Part shown: one piece after another, positions 35,448-47,468 of the stretch | Position numbering within the stretch: the stretch's first letter is position 1 | Layout of the letters: every line of letters starts with the position of its first letter | From: Histomonas meleagridis 2922-C6/04-290x | Taxonomy: Eukaryota; Protista; Parabasalia | Assembly: GCA_020184695.1 (NCBI GenBank) | Contig: JAANOX010000229.1 | Coordinates: 1-60,688, forward strand | DNA: 60,688 nucleotides | Direction of reading: 5' to 3' | Made by a program: the position numbers and the translations under genes | Notes under the pieces: model-generated | What the model saw: the letters and a program-made list of their open reading frames with translations, nothing else | Databases searched by the model: none | Told to the model about the DNA's origin: nothing

Positions 35448-35756
35448 GTTTTAAATACGAACGAACTTACTCAAAACACAAAAGAACCCAAAATTGATTT
35501 CGAGCTTTTTTTAGGATACAAAACATATATTAGTAGAGTACTATTAATAAAGCAATGTTAGTAAAGTGAAGTTAATAGAAGAAACAGTAATCATGATTTA
35601 ATTTTTTAAATCTATATTTTACTTAAAAAAATTAATGAGTTAAATAACTTAACTAACAAATAGGAAATTCATCAAGTTTAGATATAAAAAATAGAATTTA
35701 AACCAAAATTTTTTTTCTTCTTTTCCAGAAAATCAAAACCGTTAATCATAATACGA

Positions 35757-35786
35757 AAAGTGACGCTTGCGGTTTGGTCGGCCTTT
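35757..35786 (+). promoter_or_regulatory. RPS18 core promoter: AAAGTGAC (M2-like), TGCGGTT (M3-like), CCTTT (M5-like)
   Basis: Three motifs lie in order within 36 nt of the ATG at 35793, at 35757-64, 35768-74 and 35782-86. They match core promoter motifs described for T. vaginalis. Confidence 0.7.
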
Positions 35787-35792
35787 GGTATT

Positions 35793-36257
35793 ATGCCTCT
35801 CGAGGTTACAGATCCATCAGCTTTTCGTGATATGGTTCGTATGCTCTCTACAAACGTCGATGGTCGCAAACCACTCTACTTAGCACTTACAGCTATTGCT
35901 GGTCTTGGTCGCAGATTTGCTCATGCAGTTGCTCGTCGTGCTGGTCTTGATCCACTCAAACGTGCTGGTACACTTACATCACAAGAAGAAGAACGCATTG
36001 TTGCCATAATACAAAACCCAGTTGAAAATGGAATTCCAGTTTGGATGCTCAACCGTAGAAACGACCGTGCAACAGGAAAGAACCTTCAATGGGCTTCAAC
36101 TGATCTCTCTTCTAACCACCGTAACGAAATTGAACGCATGAAGAAGATGAGAATGAAGCGTGGTATCCGTCATAGCCTTGGCCTTAAGGTTCGTGGTCAA
36201 TGCACTAAATCAACTGGACGCCGCGGTGTTGCAGTTGGTGTTGAACGTAAGAAGTAA
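35793..36257 (+). CDS. RPS18: 40S ribosomal protein S18 (uS13)
   Basis: TNVDGRK, ALTAIAGLGRRFA, KRAGTL, GIRHSLGLKVRGQCTKSTGRRG. The true start is ATG 35793; the ORF track begins at a GTG inside the promoter. Confidence 0.97.
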   Translation: MPLEVTDPSAFRDMVRMLSTNVDGRKPLYLALTAIAGLGRRFAHAVARRAGLDPLKRAGTLTSQEEERIVAIIQNPVENGIPVWMLNRRNDRATGKNLQWASTDLSSNHRNEIERMKKMRMKRGIRHSLGLKVRGQCTKSTGRRGVAVGVERKK

Positions 36258-36576
36258 ACTCCATTATCCAATCTGATTTAGATTTTTCCATTAATCACTA
36301 TAACCATTTCGTAATAATAGGGCTTGTAAATAAAATGTTTTGCGAAATATTTTTTTGAGAATCATTATTCGATCATGCTTGTTTGAATTTTTCATGTTTG
36401 AATCCAAAAATTAAAGTATCTTATTTTAAAATGGTTTGTACAAACAAATGTTTTAAACAAAAAAGTAATTCATTCTAATGGAAATCTTTAGGAGAGAATT
36501 TCTGATGATTTAAATCGGTTATTTTCACATAACATTTCATAACTAAAATCTGGCTCAATTAGAAAATTGATTTATC

Positions 36577-37257
36577 ATGACTAAAGTCGATCCTTACATT
36601 GAGAAGCTGAAAGAAGAAATTAAAAAAATGAACGAGAAATATAATCAGCTTCAGGTAAATTTTCAGCTTCAAAGGGAAAAGATACAAAATATTGATCTAA
36701 GAAAAAAAACACTTCAGAGTATGGTTGAAAAGGCTAAAGCGTCAAGACTTGCGGCAAGTGAGCGTTTAAGTCAAATCAAAGATAATGAACTTAAAAAGAA
36801 GGATCAAATTCGTCTCATTTCAGAAGAAATGAGAAAAGAAATTTCTCAAAAATACAGTGAAACATCAAAATCTATTAACGAGAAAAAAGAATTATATGAT
36901 TTGCTTAAGACAAGATCCAAGTTTTTAAAAGAAAAGTTCAAAAAACGGAAAAAAGATTATATGATAACATTATCAGAACTCGATCAAAAGTTACTAATGA
37001 TTCGAGCTAAAGAGCGAGAAGTTACAGAGAGGATCCAACTTCTTACAAAGTATTCTGTCTCAGATGATATACTTCATGCCGAAGATGAATTTGACCCAAA
37101 CTTAGATGATGACCTATCGATATCATCAGATATCAAAGCGTTGCTTGCATCCATTTTGGCACAAGAGAAAACACTAGCTTCGCTTGAAGAAGATTGTCGA
37201 AATTTGCAAATGAAAAGAAATGAGCTAATGTGTCAGCAACCGCCTGAAGAAGGCTAG
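36577..37257 (+). CDS. Hypothetical coiled-coil protein
   Basis: 226-aa ATG-initiated ORF, E/K/Q-rich heptads. Confidence 0.75.
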   Translation: MTKVDPYIEKLKEEIKKMNEKYNQLQVNFQLQREKIQNIDLRKKTLQSMVEKAKASRLAASERLSQIKDNELKKKDQIRLISEEMRKEISQKYSETSKSINEKKELYDLLKTRSKFLKEKFKKRKKDYMITLSELDQKLLMIRAKEREVTERIQLLTKYSVSDDILHAEDEFDPNLDDDLSISSDIKALLASILAQEKTLASLEEDCRNLQMKRNELMCQQPPEEG

Positions 37258-37699
37258 CAACTTGTAAATACTAACTGTAGAATTTTAATGTATTTTTTTC
37301 AATGCAAATAAATATTGAATGCCGTTTAAAATTATTGCTTAATGGATACATTATTGTAACTCAAGTTTTGATAATGTGTATAATAATTTATAAATGTGGA
37401 TAATTGTGTATTTGATTGAATGTAATTCGAAAAATATTTGGATATTTATACAAATGCTCATTCATTTCTAAATTATACAAACAAAAGTGATGGCTATAAA
37501 AGAATTTTCTTTCACCTTAACAAAGTAAAATTAAGCATTTTTACTTACATAAACTTGTTAAGGGGAATTAGTAGCACTTTTCGATCGGTTTTAATAGAAT
37601 CACGTTCAAAAAGTGAAGCCGATACAGCCTTATTAATTTTCATCATAACTTTATTAATTTTTTCATATTTCTTCTTTCTAAAAATAATTACATAAATAA

Positions 37700-38700
37700 A
37701 GACAATGTCAATAAAACAATTGGAACAGCTATTGACGTCATTCAATATTTGTCTAAATTTCATCAGTATGTGCTTTGTTTAATCTATCGATGTATTCTTT
37801 CTCCAAACCACTGAGTTTTTTAATTCTTCTTTTGCAGTTTGTCTTTCAACTAAAATTCCTTTATTTCTTTGATTTCGAAGAAGTCAAATCTTTTGAAGAT
37901 GACTTCCAATATTTTAATTAATGATTTTTTATTCGCTTTTTGCTTTATCTATTTATCAATGTCTTTCTGTCGTAAGTCAGCCAAACTTTCCTACTATTTG
38001 ATTTCTTTACTTTTTAACAACTTCGGCATTTGTTACTTTGTCTGTAGTCTCTATTTCTTCTTCATAATTTTTATCAAAATCATTTCCACGATAAATAAAT
38101 TATTTAATTTTATCTTTACTGATGTTTTCTGCGCTTTTTTAACCTTATAATCATATTTTTCCCTTACACGAGAGAAATCCCAATATTCATTTTATTAATT
38201 CTTATAACTCATTGAATTAAAAAATTTCTTTCATCAGATGAAAAATATTTTTGATCAATACAATTCAATTCCATGCATATGGACATCTGAGCGCTTTACC
38301 AAAAATTCATATGCATTACATACAAATTTGCCTAATAGAAGTGCGCATATGATGCGAACAAATTGATCCACTTTTTTAATGGTCTGTGTAAATCATTTTC
38401 GCTTCCATATTCTGTAAGGCGCAAACTTATCATTAAATCTCACAAACATTGTATTCTTCTGTTTCATACGAAAAAGTATTTTTGCCATTATGCATAATAC
38501 TTAAACCTGTATCTTCTCTACAAGCATATTATAAGTAAAATATGTATCATCATTTTGATGAAAATCAAATTATGTGTACTTTGGAGATATCCTCTTCTCA
38601 TGAACGAGTCAAACAATCAAATTTCACCCAAAATGATGACTGAGGCGATGGGTTTTGAATTTTTTATTTTTATGTTCACGTTTTACTGCTTCTTTGGTGA
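37700..38700 (-). pseudogene. Decayed coding remnant (Cys-rich RING-like segment followed by an E/K-rich segment)
   Basis: Manual minus-strand translation gives ...VCEI***VCALQ...ICSHHMRTSIRQICM*CI*IFGKALRCPY... and then DFDKNYEEEIETTDKV...ERQTAKEELKN, with many stops and at least one frameshift. Confidence 0.3.
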
Positions 38701-40475
38701 CGTTCATGATGAATCATAATTCGTGATTTTTCGTATTATGTAAATGATAAGGACGTATCAATAATATAACAAATAAAGGAAACAATTTGTATAAAATAAT
38801 TATCTCATAATTTTGTTCTTCAAGATTTATTTTTTTTTTTCAGTCGGTATGTTTAAATTAATAAGACAAAATACTTTGACTCGAAAAAAATTGATATGTG
38901 AACCAACCAAAACTCTGATATCATTTATCCAAGCAACAAAAAATCCTATTTTAAGACATCTGACAGCGGTTTCTTCAGAAAATTCATTTTTTTTGTGTGG
39001 GTGGTAGAAGGGTGGCGCAATGCGTAATGCGGCTCGAATTTTCTTGCATTCTTTTTTACAGCACAAATTCTACAAAATCTAAAGAAAATGAATTAATATA
39101 CTTGAAGATATTATGTAAAGTATTGTAACTTCATGATATTCACTTGAATTTAAGCCACTTACTAGAGGATTTAAGGTGATTAAATATTACTTGTTATCTT
39201 TAAGCAATCATTACTGATATTTACAAAAAAGCAATGGCTTCTGGTTTGCGAATCTTAATATTATTCATTTTCTTTCAAAATTCTTCTCCATATGAAAATT
39301 CAAATTTATTTTTCCAATTTGAATTTTTTTTTGAAGAAATCATTACGATCTAAAAATTCTTTGAGCTGTGAATGCATTATATGTTGTTTTTTTCATAATA
39401 TATATATATATATTGAATCATCAATTTATCACTCATTGGAATACTACTGCATTTCTAAAAATATTTTACATCAGTCTTCACGGAATATAACAAGATTAAA
39501 GTTGATACTTTATTGATTTTTGATCAATGCCAAATTGGTCATAGAAGGATGTGGAATATTTAACTTTTTAAAAGGTGTCATTAAAAAAGCATGTTAAAAT
39601 AGTCGATTGAAAAAATGGGATCGATCCTCATTTCATCCAATTTTATAACAAATATATGGGTTAATTTGAATACCATTGACTAAACTTTTTGATACATTAC
39701 TTCTGGAGCGATGACGATAATGTCTTTATACGTTATTTATGATAAACAAAATTATTCAAAAAGTACGTCACTTTTGCTATCCCGGAGGTTTTTTGAATAG
39801 AGAAACGCCAGCTTTTCATTGAAAAAATAATTTTCTGATCAGAAAAAAACGAATTCAGTTCAACAACCAAGATATCCGATTGAAAAATCATTTTCTGAAG
39901 AATTATTGTTTTTCAGAAGGACTGTACTTCCAAAATCCAAACATTTTGGCAGGCCACAATCCCATTATCATCCTCTCTTCATCCCACGCATGCTTAACTT
40001 GATGAAGGACTCCTTCTACAAGTGATGGATATCATACTAAAGGGAATGATCATTTACACATCAAGAAACACATTATTCTTATCATATAATTACTCTATTA
40101 TTATCCGAAATAAGGAATGAGACATGATTTAGTGACTCGGAAATAGCTCTATTTCCAAATTTGTTTTGTTAATTACGCACAAAATACATTTTTTTGTTCA
40201 TTATTATGATATAATATTTATTATTCGGAAGAAAATTTTAACCATATATAGAATAGATGATAACACAAAACATGATAACGATGAATAACCAACAATGGCA
40301 TTAAATAACGAATTATTTGACCGTCAAACGTTGCCAATGGCTATAGTCCATTTTACAATACTTTTTCAATCAAATAACCGATTTATGCCCTCAAAAATTC
40401 AGTATTAAGAAACGCTTCCCACACAAATTATAGGGGCCGTTTGCGTTTTGTTTGAATTCCCACCACCCACTTTAA

Positions 40476-41423
40476 ATGGAAGTCTCTGGGAAATACCAGC
40501 CCATCGAAATGATAGGGTCCGGTTCTTCGGGTACGGTTTGGAAAATTAAGCGAACAGATACAAATCAATTATATGCTTGCAAAGTTATCCCGTTTGCATA
40601 TTGCCTGCAGCCAAATTTCTTCCCTCACCTTGTGAACGAACTTAGAGCTCATGCTAAAATTCGGTACCCAGGAGTTACTCGATTATATGATATAATGATC
40701 GACAACCAACAACTGTATTGTGTAATAGAGCTATGCGAGGGTGATTTATCCGACTTAGTTAGAAGCATTGGTTCTTTCAACGAACGTCAAGCCATGTTTT
40801 ATTTTTATCAGATAATGAAAACAGTTGCACATATTCACAAAGTTGGTTTTGCACACAGGGACCTCAAGCTAGAAAATGTTCTTTACGTTCACGATCCCAA
40901 TTGCCCAGGTCGAATGCAACTCAAACTAACAGATTTTGGACTTTGTCGTCCAGCAATTAACAACAGATTAATGACCACAAGGTGCGGTACATTTTTCTAT
41001 TGTGCTCCCGAGATGTTTAGCGAACAACCATATGACGGCATGAAATGCGATATATGGTCGGCCGGTGTTATGTTGTTTACGATAGTCACTGGACGCTTCC
41101 CATGGGAACAAAATGAAAACCTGAGTGAAGAAGATCAGTTTAATCATGCTATTGAACAAATTTGCTCATGTCATATTGAATATCCAGACACACTCTCATA
41201 TCCACTTGTAGAGCTTATAAGTCAAATGCTGACTCCAGACCCACGGTTTCGGCCCGATGCAGAGCAAGTTCTAGAACATCCATGGTTTAGCGACTTGTCA
41301 GAAGAAGAGATCGCTCCTTATGATCGGGAATATTATGCAGAAGATTATGTAGCACAGATGGTTAACGAAGCTATTGAAGGTCTAACACGGTGTCAAAATG
41401 CTTTCTTGTCATCTCAGGGATGA
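40476..41423 (+). CDS. CAMK-group Ser/Thr protein kinase
   Basis: Complete catalytic domain: GSGSSG, ACK, HRDLKLEN, DFG, CGTFFYCAPE, DIWSAG. Confidence 0.93.
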   Translation: MEVSGKYQPIEMIGSGSSGTVWKIKRTDTNQLYACKVIPFAYCLQPNFFPHLVNELRAHAKIRYPGVTRLYDIMIDNQQLYCVIELCEGDLSDLVRSIGSFNERQAMFYFYQIMKTVAHIHKVGFAHRDLKLENVLYVHDPNCPGRMQLKLTDFGLCRPAINNRLMTTRCGTFFYCAPEMFSEQPYDGMKCDIWSAGVMLFTIVTGRFPWEQNENLSEEDQFNHAIEQICSCHIEYPDTLSYPLVELISQMLTPDPRFRPDAEQVLEHPWFSDLSEEEIAPYDREYYAEDYVAQMVNEAIEGLTRCQNAFLSSQG

Positions 41424-42033
41424 ATTATGATACGTTTTAATAAAGTCACCATTAATAGCGACATAAGCCTTTTGAAAAAGTTCAATCTGACATTCAAAGC
41501 CTTGTCAAATCTGACGATTTTATTCGATTGAATTTTCATAACAAATTTTCGTATCATTCAAACTTCAATGGAGTGGCGGATGTTTAACAACGAATTCACA
41601 ACGTTCTAAAATCGTTAAATTTTATGACAAAATGAACGCTTTACAAATAAAAAAAAACGTTACATTAATTGATTACGCAGCATTTTTTTCTGCTATAAAA
41701 TGTTTTAAATATTTACTTATGAATGGTGCAAATATAAATAATACAGGTAAATATGCAATCGCTGGTGAAAATATAATCATTCATTAGTGTGAACAAAATC
41801 ATTCATCATTTGCAGGTGCACACGAAACGGCAATTGAATTCCATTGAAATGATGTTTTTTATTGTTTCTATTATAATTAGGAAGGCTTTGTATTTTATAT
41901 CATAATTATCAATTAAATAAGGAATTAAATGTATTTCGCGTTACGATTATGGGGATCAATTCAGTTTTCTTCAGCGAGCCACGAATATTAAAAATGCCAA
42001 AGTGAAGTGTAAAAGTTTATTGTACAAATCCAT

Positions 42034-42933
42034 TCATTTATGCGCATGAGAATTCGCCCATTTACAGGGCTCAATATCTGCTTCTGTGCACCCTTTCCTG
42101 AATCGATGTTCCATGTGGATGAGGAGTCGCACATTTTCGAAGTCTACACCTGTTAAGTCTATTCCAGGCGGACAATATTTCACAGCATCTCCGGCACCAA
42201 TTTCGAAGAAGCCATGAGACGGGAAATTGCCCTGTTGGTGGAATAACGATCCATCAATAGATTTAATTCCGAGGAGGCGAGCAAAAACTCTTTTGTCAAC
42301 TCGAAGAATTAATGGAGTAAGCCATTGTACCCCAACAAACTGCGGATATATGGGCGATAATTCGCTGAGTTTAAGGGCGTTGAATAGTTTGTGTGAGAAT
42401 CTGCTGTTTGCGTTGTTCTTCTTTTGGAAAAAGTTGGCTACAATATCACCAAATGTAATCATATGATCAGGCCAAAGATTTGATGGTATGAACCCAACTA
42501 AATGAGGATTGAATGTTAAATTAGGGTCGTTACATGCAGTTATAAATGTCGCGTTTGAAATGTCTTCTGGTGGACGCCGCAAAATGGGTTGAGGAGATGC
42601 TACCTCACGAGTATAGCTATGATGACGCTGTGAACTAGATGCCAAATCAAATGCAGAAACTGCCATAGGAAGTTGGTTAATATATGATTGCTGCGAAGAT
42701 TCCCTTGTTGGTACAGGTAAGATTTTCATGGGAGAAGAAACAGCACGTCTATGTTGCTGCGGAATATCTTGAAATGTAAAATTCGGATGTGTAAAAGGAT
42801 CGGCAAAATTAATTGAAGATTCTTTATCCATTTCATTAAGAGCAAGGGTAAACGCATCTTCAAAATCTTCTTTTGGGCTGTCATCATCTAACCCAAAAAG
42901 TGCAAATGGATCATAGGAATCAAATGGATCCAT
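42034..42933 (-). CDS. Initiator-binding-domain (IBP39-like) protein
   Basis: NANSRFSHKLFNALKL...VGVQWLTPLILRVDKRVFARLLGIK matches IBP39 NSRFPRKL...IGLSW...VMGIK. Confidence 0.8.
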   Translation of the reverse strand: MDPFDSYDPFALFGLDDDSPKEDFEDAFTLALNEMDKESSINFADPFTHPNFTFQDIPQQHRRAVSSPMKILPVPTRESSQQSYINQLPMAVSAFDLASSSQRHHSYTREVASPQPILRRPPEDISNATFITACNDPNLTFNPHLVGFIPSNLWPDHMITFGDIVANFFQKKNNANSRFSHKLFNALKLSELSPIYPQFVGVQWLTPLILRVDKRVFARLLGIKSIDGSLFHQQGNFPSHGFFEIGAGDAVKYCPPGIDLTGVDFENVRLLIHMEHRFRKGCTEADIEPCKWANSHAHK

Positions 42934-43632
42934 GTTACGAGCTCGTAAATTTTAGAACGTTATGACGTAAACTTATCAACTTCCAATAGCACGATGAAAT
43001 AATCCAGTCAAATTTATGGGGTAACCGGCCACAATTCCATATGGAACGATATTTGTAACGGATTCCGTATTTTGGTTGTAAAGCAGCGGTTATTATCCAG
43101 CAATTGCCAAGAACTCAAAAGAACTTTATGTATATTCACAGCTCCATTTAATGATGGATTTTGATCCATATTCAGCTCACTTGAATTATTCGAATTTTAT
43201 AAAATAAGAAATTACATTACGTAATCAGAAGTATAATATTATGTAACAAAATTTTCTGATATCCTCATGATGATTCTCCTAATTTTATATAGACCAAAAC
43301 TGAATAGTACGTGCAACTTTGTTTTCTACGAAAATATACTCATAATTTTCATATAATTTTCCAGCAGAAAATTAAGTTAAACTTCCTAATGGCGGTGCAC
43401 TTTTCAAGACAGATTTATTTCTTAATGAATTTTTGCCCACAAGAGCCAGGTGTAACCCGCCATTTTGACGATCATTTTCCCTTTCACGGTTTGGTGTTGG
43501 TTAACGGTTAACTAAGCCAATTTCAATGTATTCGATCAAAACGAATTTAATTTTTGTGTATTGGGGATTTGTATAAAATTTATTCAAATTTGAATCTATT
43601 CAATTTGTTGGTTTTGCGTCATAATACGCAGA

Positions 43633-43890
43633 ATGGAATTTGATGAATGGAGCATCGAATATTTCACTACAAATAAAAATTCCGAAGATACAAACAAAGA
43701 GGTTCATACCCAAAAGTTACGCACTGACTTCAACAGCGATAATTTAATTTCATTAGAAATTGATCGAAGTCAGACAGAGAAAAAGGCTGAGTCACCAAAC
43801 ATTTGTTCTCACAAGGATTACAAACTGGATCTAAGAACTCCATTGATCCTTGATGAATTCGATTTCATCAAAAATCGACTCTTAATTTAA
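43633..43890 (+). CDS. Small hypothetical protein (85 aa)
   Basis: ATG-initiated ORF with protein-like composition, co-directional with the next gene. No family recognised. Confidence 0.5.
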   Translation: MEFDEWSIEYFTTNKNSEDTNKEVHTQKLRTDFNSDNLISLEIDRSQTEKKAESPNICSHKDYKLDLRTPLILDEFDFIKNRLLI

Positions 43891-44031
43891 TTTATTTTTC
43901 ACAAATCACATGTTTTTCAATAAAATCTATCTCTTGAAATCTTTTTTGCATTCTTAAAGAAAAGAATTATTTGAAGATTGTTTTCGCAAGAATTTTTTCG
44001 ATAAAAATTGACGAAGTTTGTTCACAAGAAA

Positions 44032-44862
44032 ATGTCGCAGCGATCTAAAATCAAACTTCTTAAAGAAAGGGAGCAACTTAAAGAACAACTCCAATCCAAA
44101 AAGAAGGCATTATCGGAGATATCAGAAAACGTAAGAAAATTTAGGAAAACAACGCAAGTACAAATGGGTTCGATTCTTTCTCTCTCTGAAAATCGAAAAC
44201 CATTAGAAATCCCCAACACGAAAGACAATGGCATACGGCATGAAATAAAAAGCATTCAGTTAATGTTTAAAGATCTTCAAGTATCAAATCAAAACAAATC
44301 CACATATTCAATTGCTTATTCACCAGCGTTCTCAATAGAGGAAATAAAAGAAAATGCATCTCTTACAGAGTATTCTCAATATCTTGATAGCTTAGAAAAC
44401 TGGCTTCAAAAGCAAGAAGAAATACAAAAACAGAAATTACTCAAAAGGCAAGAATTGATCGATAATATAAAGCTACTGAAAAATAAACAACTCAAACTCA
44501 CCAATCAAATAAACGAATATCCAGATCTTGACGAAGAAATCAATCACATTGAAAATGAATTATACTCTAAAAATGAAATTCTTTCTCAAAAAGAAGAGCT
44601 CTTAGACAGTCACAGGAACTTATCGAAACAAATTAATAGTTACTATTTGCTATCGAGTCAAGCTGATGAATCTCAAAAACAAGATTATGAAGTTCAATGT
44701 AAAATTAAAAGTGAAAATGAACTCATCAGTGAGTATAGGAGGATTTGGAGGGAGAAACGTAGGCTTAAGGAAAAGGCTAAAATCATTGAAGAAAAGAGAA
44801 AATTAGCAACAAACATTCTTTTATGTGCATTGGCTCAGAACGGGTTTAACAATAATATGTAA
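44032..44862 (+). CDS. Hypothetical coiled-coil protein
   Basis: E/K/Q-rich ORF. First ATG is 44032; the ORF track starts at a TTG at 44008. Confidence 0.75.
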   Translation: MSQRSKIKLLKEREQLKEQLQSKKKALSEISENVRKFRKTTQVQMGSILSLSENRKPLEIPNTKDNGIRHEIKSIQLMFKDLQVSNQNKSTYSIAYSPAFSIEEIKENASLTEYSQYLDSLENWLQKQEEIQKQKLLKRQELIDNIKLLKNKQLKLTNQINEYPDLDEEINHIENELYSKNEILSQKEELLDSHRNLSKQINSYYLLSSQADESQKQDYEVQCKIKSENELISEYRRIWREKRRLKEKAKIIEEKRKLATNILLCALAQNGFNNNM

Positions 44863-45354
44863 AATTAATGTTCTTTTGTATTTAAGTAAAAATAATATTA
44901 TTTTCGAATGTGTGTCAAATTTCTTATAAAACATTCAAATTGTAATTTAAACCTTTTTTCTAATTCTTGAGAATTAGTTCATGAACATTAACTTTAAAAA
45001 ATATGTCATAAATAAAAAGAATCATGCTTGACATGTATTTATGTAAAAAAGTTGTGGTATCATGAAAAACACTTTATGAAAATTAATAAATTAAAAAATA
45101 TGATATTACAAAAATCAAATTGAAATGAGATATTATATTTATATTATTTAAAACAGCTTTCACTTATGCATCTTTGCTTTGTTGCAAAGAAATTGTCAAA
45201 TTTATTTGTGAACAAAAAAGAATTGATCCAAACCCCAAAAATATATACATGGTTAAATTATTAAATGATTTTAAAATTCCAAGAAAAACACTTTCGTTTG
45301 AAATAAATTCATTTTAATAATAAAAAATTCAATTGCTTTCATTTACAAAATAAT

Positions 45355-47244
45355 TTATAGATCATTTATTGCATCGCACATTGACATACAGACCTGAGAA
45401 AGCTTTTTGTTGTAATCTGTGTTTTGCGATGTTTCGAGAGTTGTCTTCATTAAACTCAAATTCTGATTGAATGATGCCAAAATATTTTTTTTGTCGCGAA
45501 CGAAGGTTTTCACTTCGTTACTGATCTTTTCTTGTAAAGAGGATTGTTCACTTTCAAGGTCTTTCACTTTCTTCTTGAAATATTTGTCATCAGAATCATC
45601 ATCTTTCCATATCGCTAAACATTCTTTGATTTTATCCAAATTATGTGACGCTTGGCTTATCTGTACCTTAAGCTTCTCTTCTCTTGTTTGAGTTTTTTCA
45701 AGGTTTTCTTCAGATTGACTCATTTTTGACATGAGCTCGATGAAAAATCCATCATCTTCAAAGCACTTTGCATGCGCTCTATTAAGCTTCTCATTCATTG
45801 CCCTTGTTTTATTATGTATTGTTTCCAATTCTTTCAGTTTTCTAACAAATGAATTATTCATCTCTGCGTTTTTGTCTACTTCAGTTGAATTATTCGAAGA
45901 ACTTGAAGCTAGCTTTTGTAGAGCTTCCTTCTGTGAAGAATATATTTCTTTTTCAGCTTGAAGCTCTCGTTTTTGACGTTCAAATTTTTCGGTTTTTGTT
46001 GCCAATTTCATCATCAGCTCCATTGAAAAATTGAATAGAAGCGATTTTGGCGGTTTGTTTATGACGCGGTTTCTTACGCTTGATTCGACGACTTGATCCA
46101 AGAGCGTAATGAGCTTTTTACGAAGGCCTATAACTTCATTCCTAAGTTTTTCTTCGGTTGTTTTGGAAATGATTTCGTTCTTATAAATACCCTTGGAATT
46201 AATTCGCTTCTTCAGTTCTTGAAGTGAAGCTATTTCGAGTTGTAGGTCATGTATTTTTTTCTCTTGGGCCATGATAGATTGATGGATTTCTGTTTGTTGT
46301 TTGGCAAGTTTCTCAAATTGATTATTTAATATTGATAACGGTGAAAATTGTTCAAGATACTTAACAGAGTCCTTTGAGATATCCAAAAGCTCGTTATTTT
46401 GGGAAGTAAAAACAAGATTATTTGTTTGAAATACACTGATTTGTTCCCAAGCAGAAGAAAACGAAAATCTCCAAATATCATGCAAGATTTCACCACTTTC
46501 ACTTATACCCCCTGCAACATAGATTCCGTCTTCTTTTGTATAAAGAATGTTTGAATGTCTTGTCATAGATTCATCATTTATGATTAATTCCCACTTTGGA
46601 GAAAATGGAGAAATGTTTAAGTCAAGCTCCCACAGGTCACCAAGAACTTCTCCAAATGCATTTATCCCTCCAAAAACAAAAATCTTCCCGTCGTTGTAAA
46701 CCATTGAATGATTGTATCGTCCGCATGGAAAAGTTCCTTTGCAAGGAACAACAAAACAACTTCCGTAATTCTCTGATAACTTAAAAAGAAGAAGCTCGGG
46801 ATTACAGAACGTAAGGCTATTTCCACCAAAAAGATAAATGTCGTAGTTGCTCGGATCTGTTTGTATGGTAACTGCTCGGTGCATGACTCTAACTCCTAGT
46901 TCGGTTGAAATAATTTGTGGCTTGGACCATTCATTTGTTTCTATGTTAAATAAATAAATTTCGGGTTGATTAACTCCTTTTGTCGATCCACCAATTAATG
47001 CAAACTGTTTAGCTGTTAAAGCAACACAACAATAACCTTCTCTTTTTGATGGAGCTTTCCCGTCACATTTAATTTTCACAAATTTTTTGCCTATATAACA
47101 TGATTTAACACTGAGAGAATCACCATCCTCGTATACTTGATATAATTGATCATTAATAAATACGCAGGAGGGCATTTTGGCTTGGTCCTGTGGGAAATCG
47201 GCTATTGATTTGATTGGGTTTGGGAATTGGTGGTTTCCATGCAT
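45355..47244 (-). CDS. Kelch-repeat protein with C-terminal coiled coil
   Basis: Kelch motifs (FALIGG, YLFGG, GRYNHSM...FVFGG, YVAGG...W) followed by about 300 aa of heptads. Confidence 0.85.
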   Translation of the reverse strand: MHGNHQFPNPIKSIADFPQDQAKMPSCVFINDQLYQVYEDGDSLSVKSCYIGKKFVKIKCDGKAPSKREGYCCVALTAKQFALIGGSTKGVNQPEIYLFNIETNEWSKPQIISTELGVRVMHRAVTIQTDPSNYDIYLFGGNSLTFCNPELLLFKLSENYGSCFVVPCKGTFPCGRYNHSMVYNDGKIFVFGGINAFGEVLGDLWELDLNISPFSPKWELIINDESMTRHSNILYTKEDGIYVAGGISESGEILHDIWRFSFSSAWEQISVFQTNNLVFTSQNNELLDISKDSVKYLEQFSPLSILNNQFEKLAKQQTEIHQSIMAQEKKIHDLQLEIASLQELKKRINSKGIYKNEIISKTTEEKLRNEVIGLRKKLITLLDQVVESSVRNRVINKPPKSLLFNFSMELMMKLATKTEKFERQKRELQAEKEIYSSQKEALQKLASSSSNNSTEVDKNAEMNNSFVRKLKELETIHNKTRAMNEKLNRAHAKCFEDDGFFIELMSKMSQSEENLEKTQTREEKLKVQISQASHNLDKIKECLAIWKDDDSDDKYFKKKVKDLESEQSSLQEKISNEVKTFVRDKKNILASFNQNLSLMKTTLETSQNTDYNKKLSQVCMSMCDAINDL

Positions 47245-47468
47245 GTTTGGTACAAAACCACTTTTTACTTATTTTTTACTTGACGATTTTCAGAAAGTTT
47301 TAATTGAAATTTCTCATAGAAAATTTTGAATATATAACGGTCGCTTGAGCAGCACTTTCCTGTAAATATTTTAATGTAAATGAAATGACATTTGTTATTG
47401 TTATCTGTTTTTGATTTGTTACACAATATTTAAGGTTTTAATGCACATAAAACAGAAATTTATTTTTA

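Noticed and set aside
39500-40100. Possible kinase-like remnant on the minus strand (IVIAPEVMY)
   Set aside because: A single short motif with no other kinase subdomain in register.
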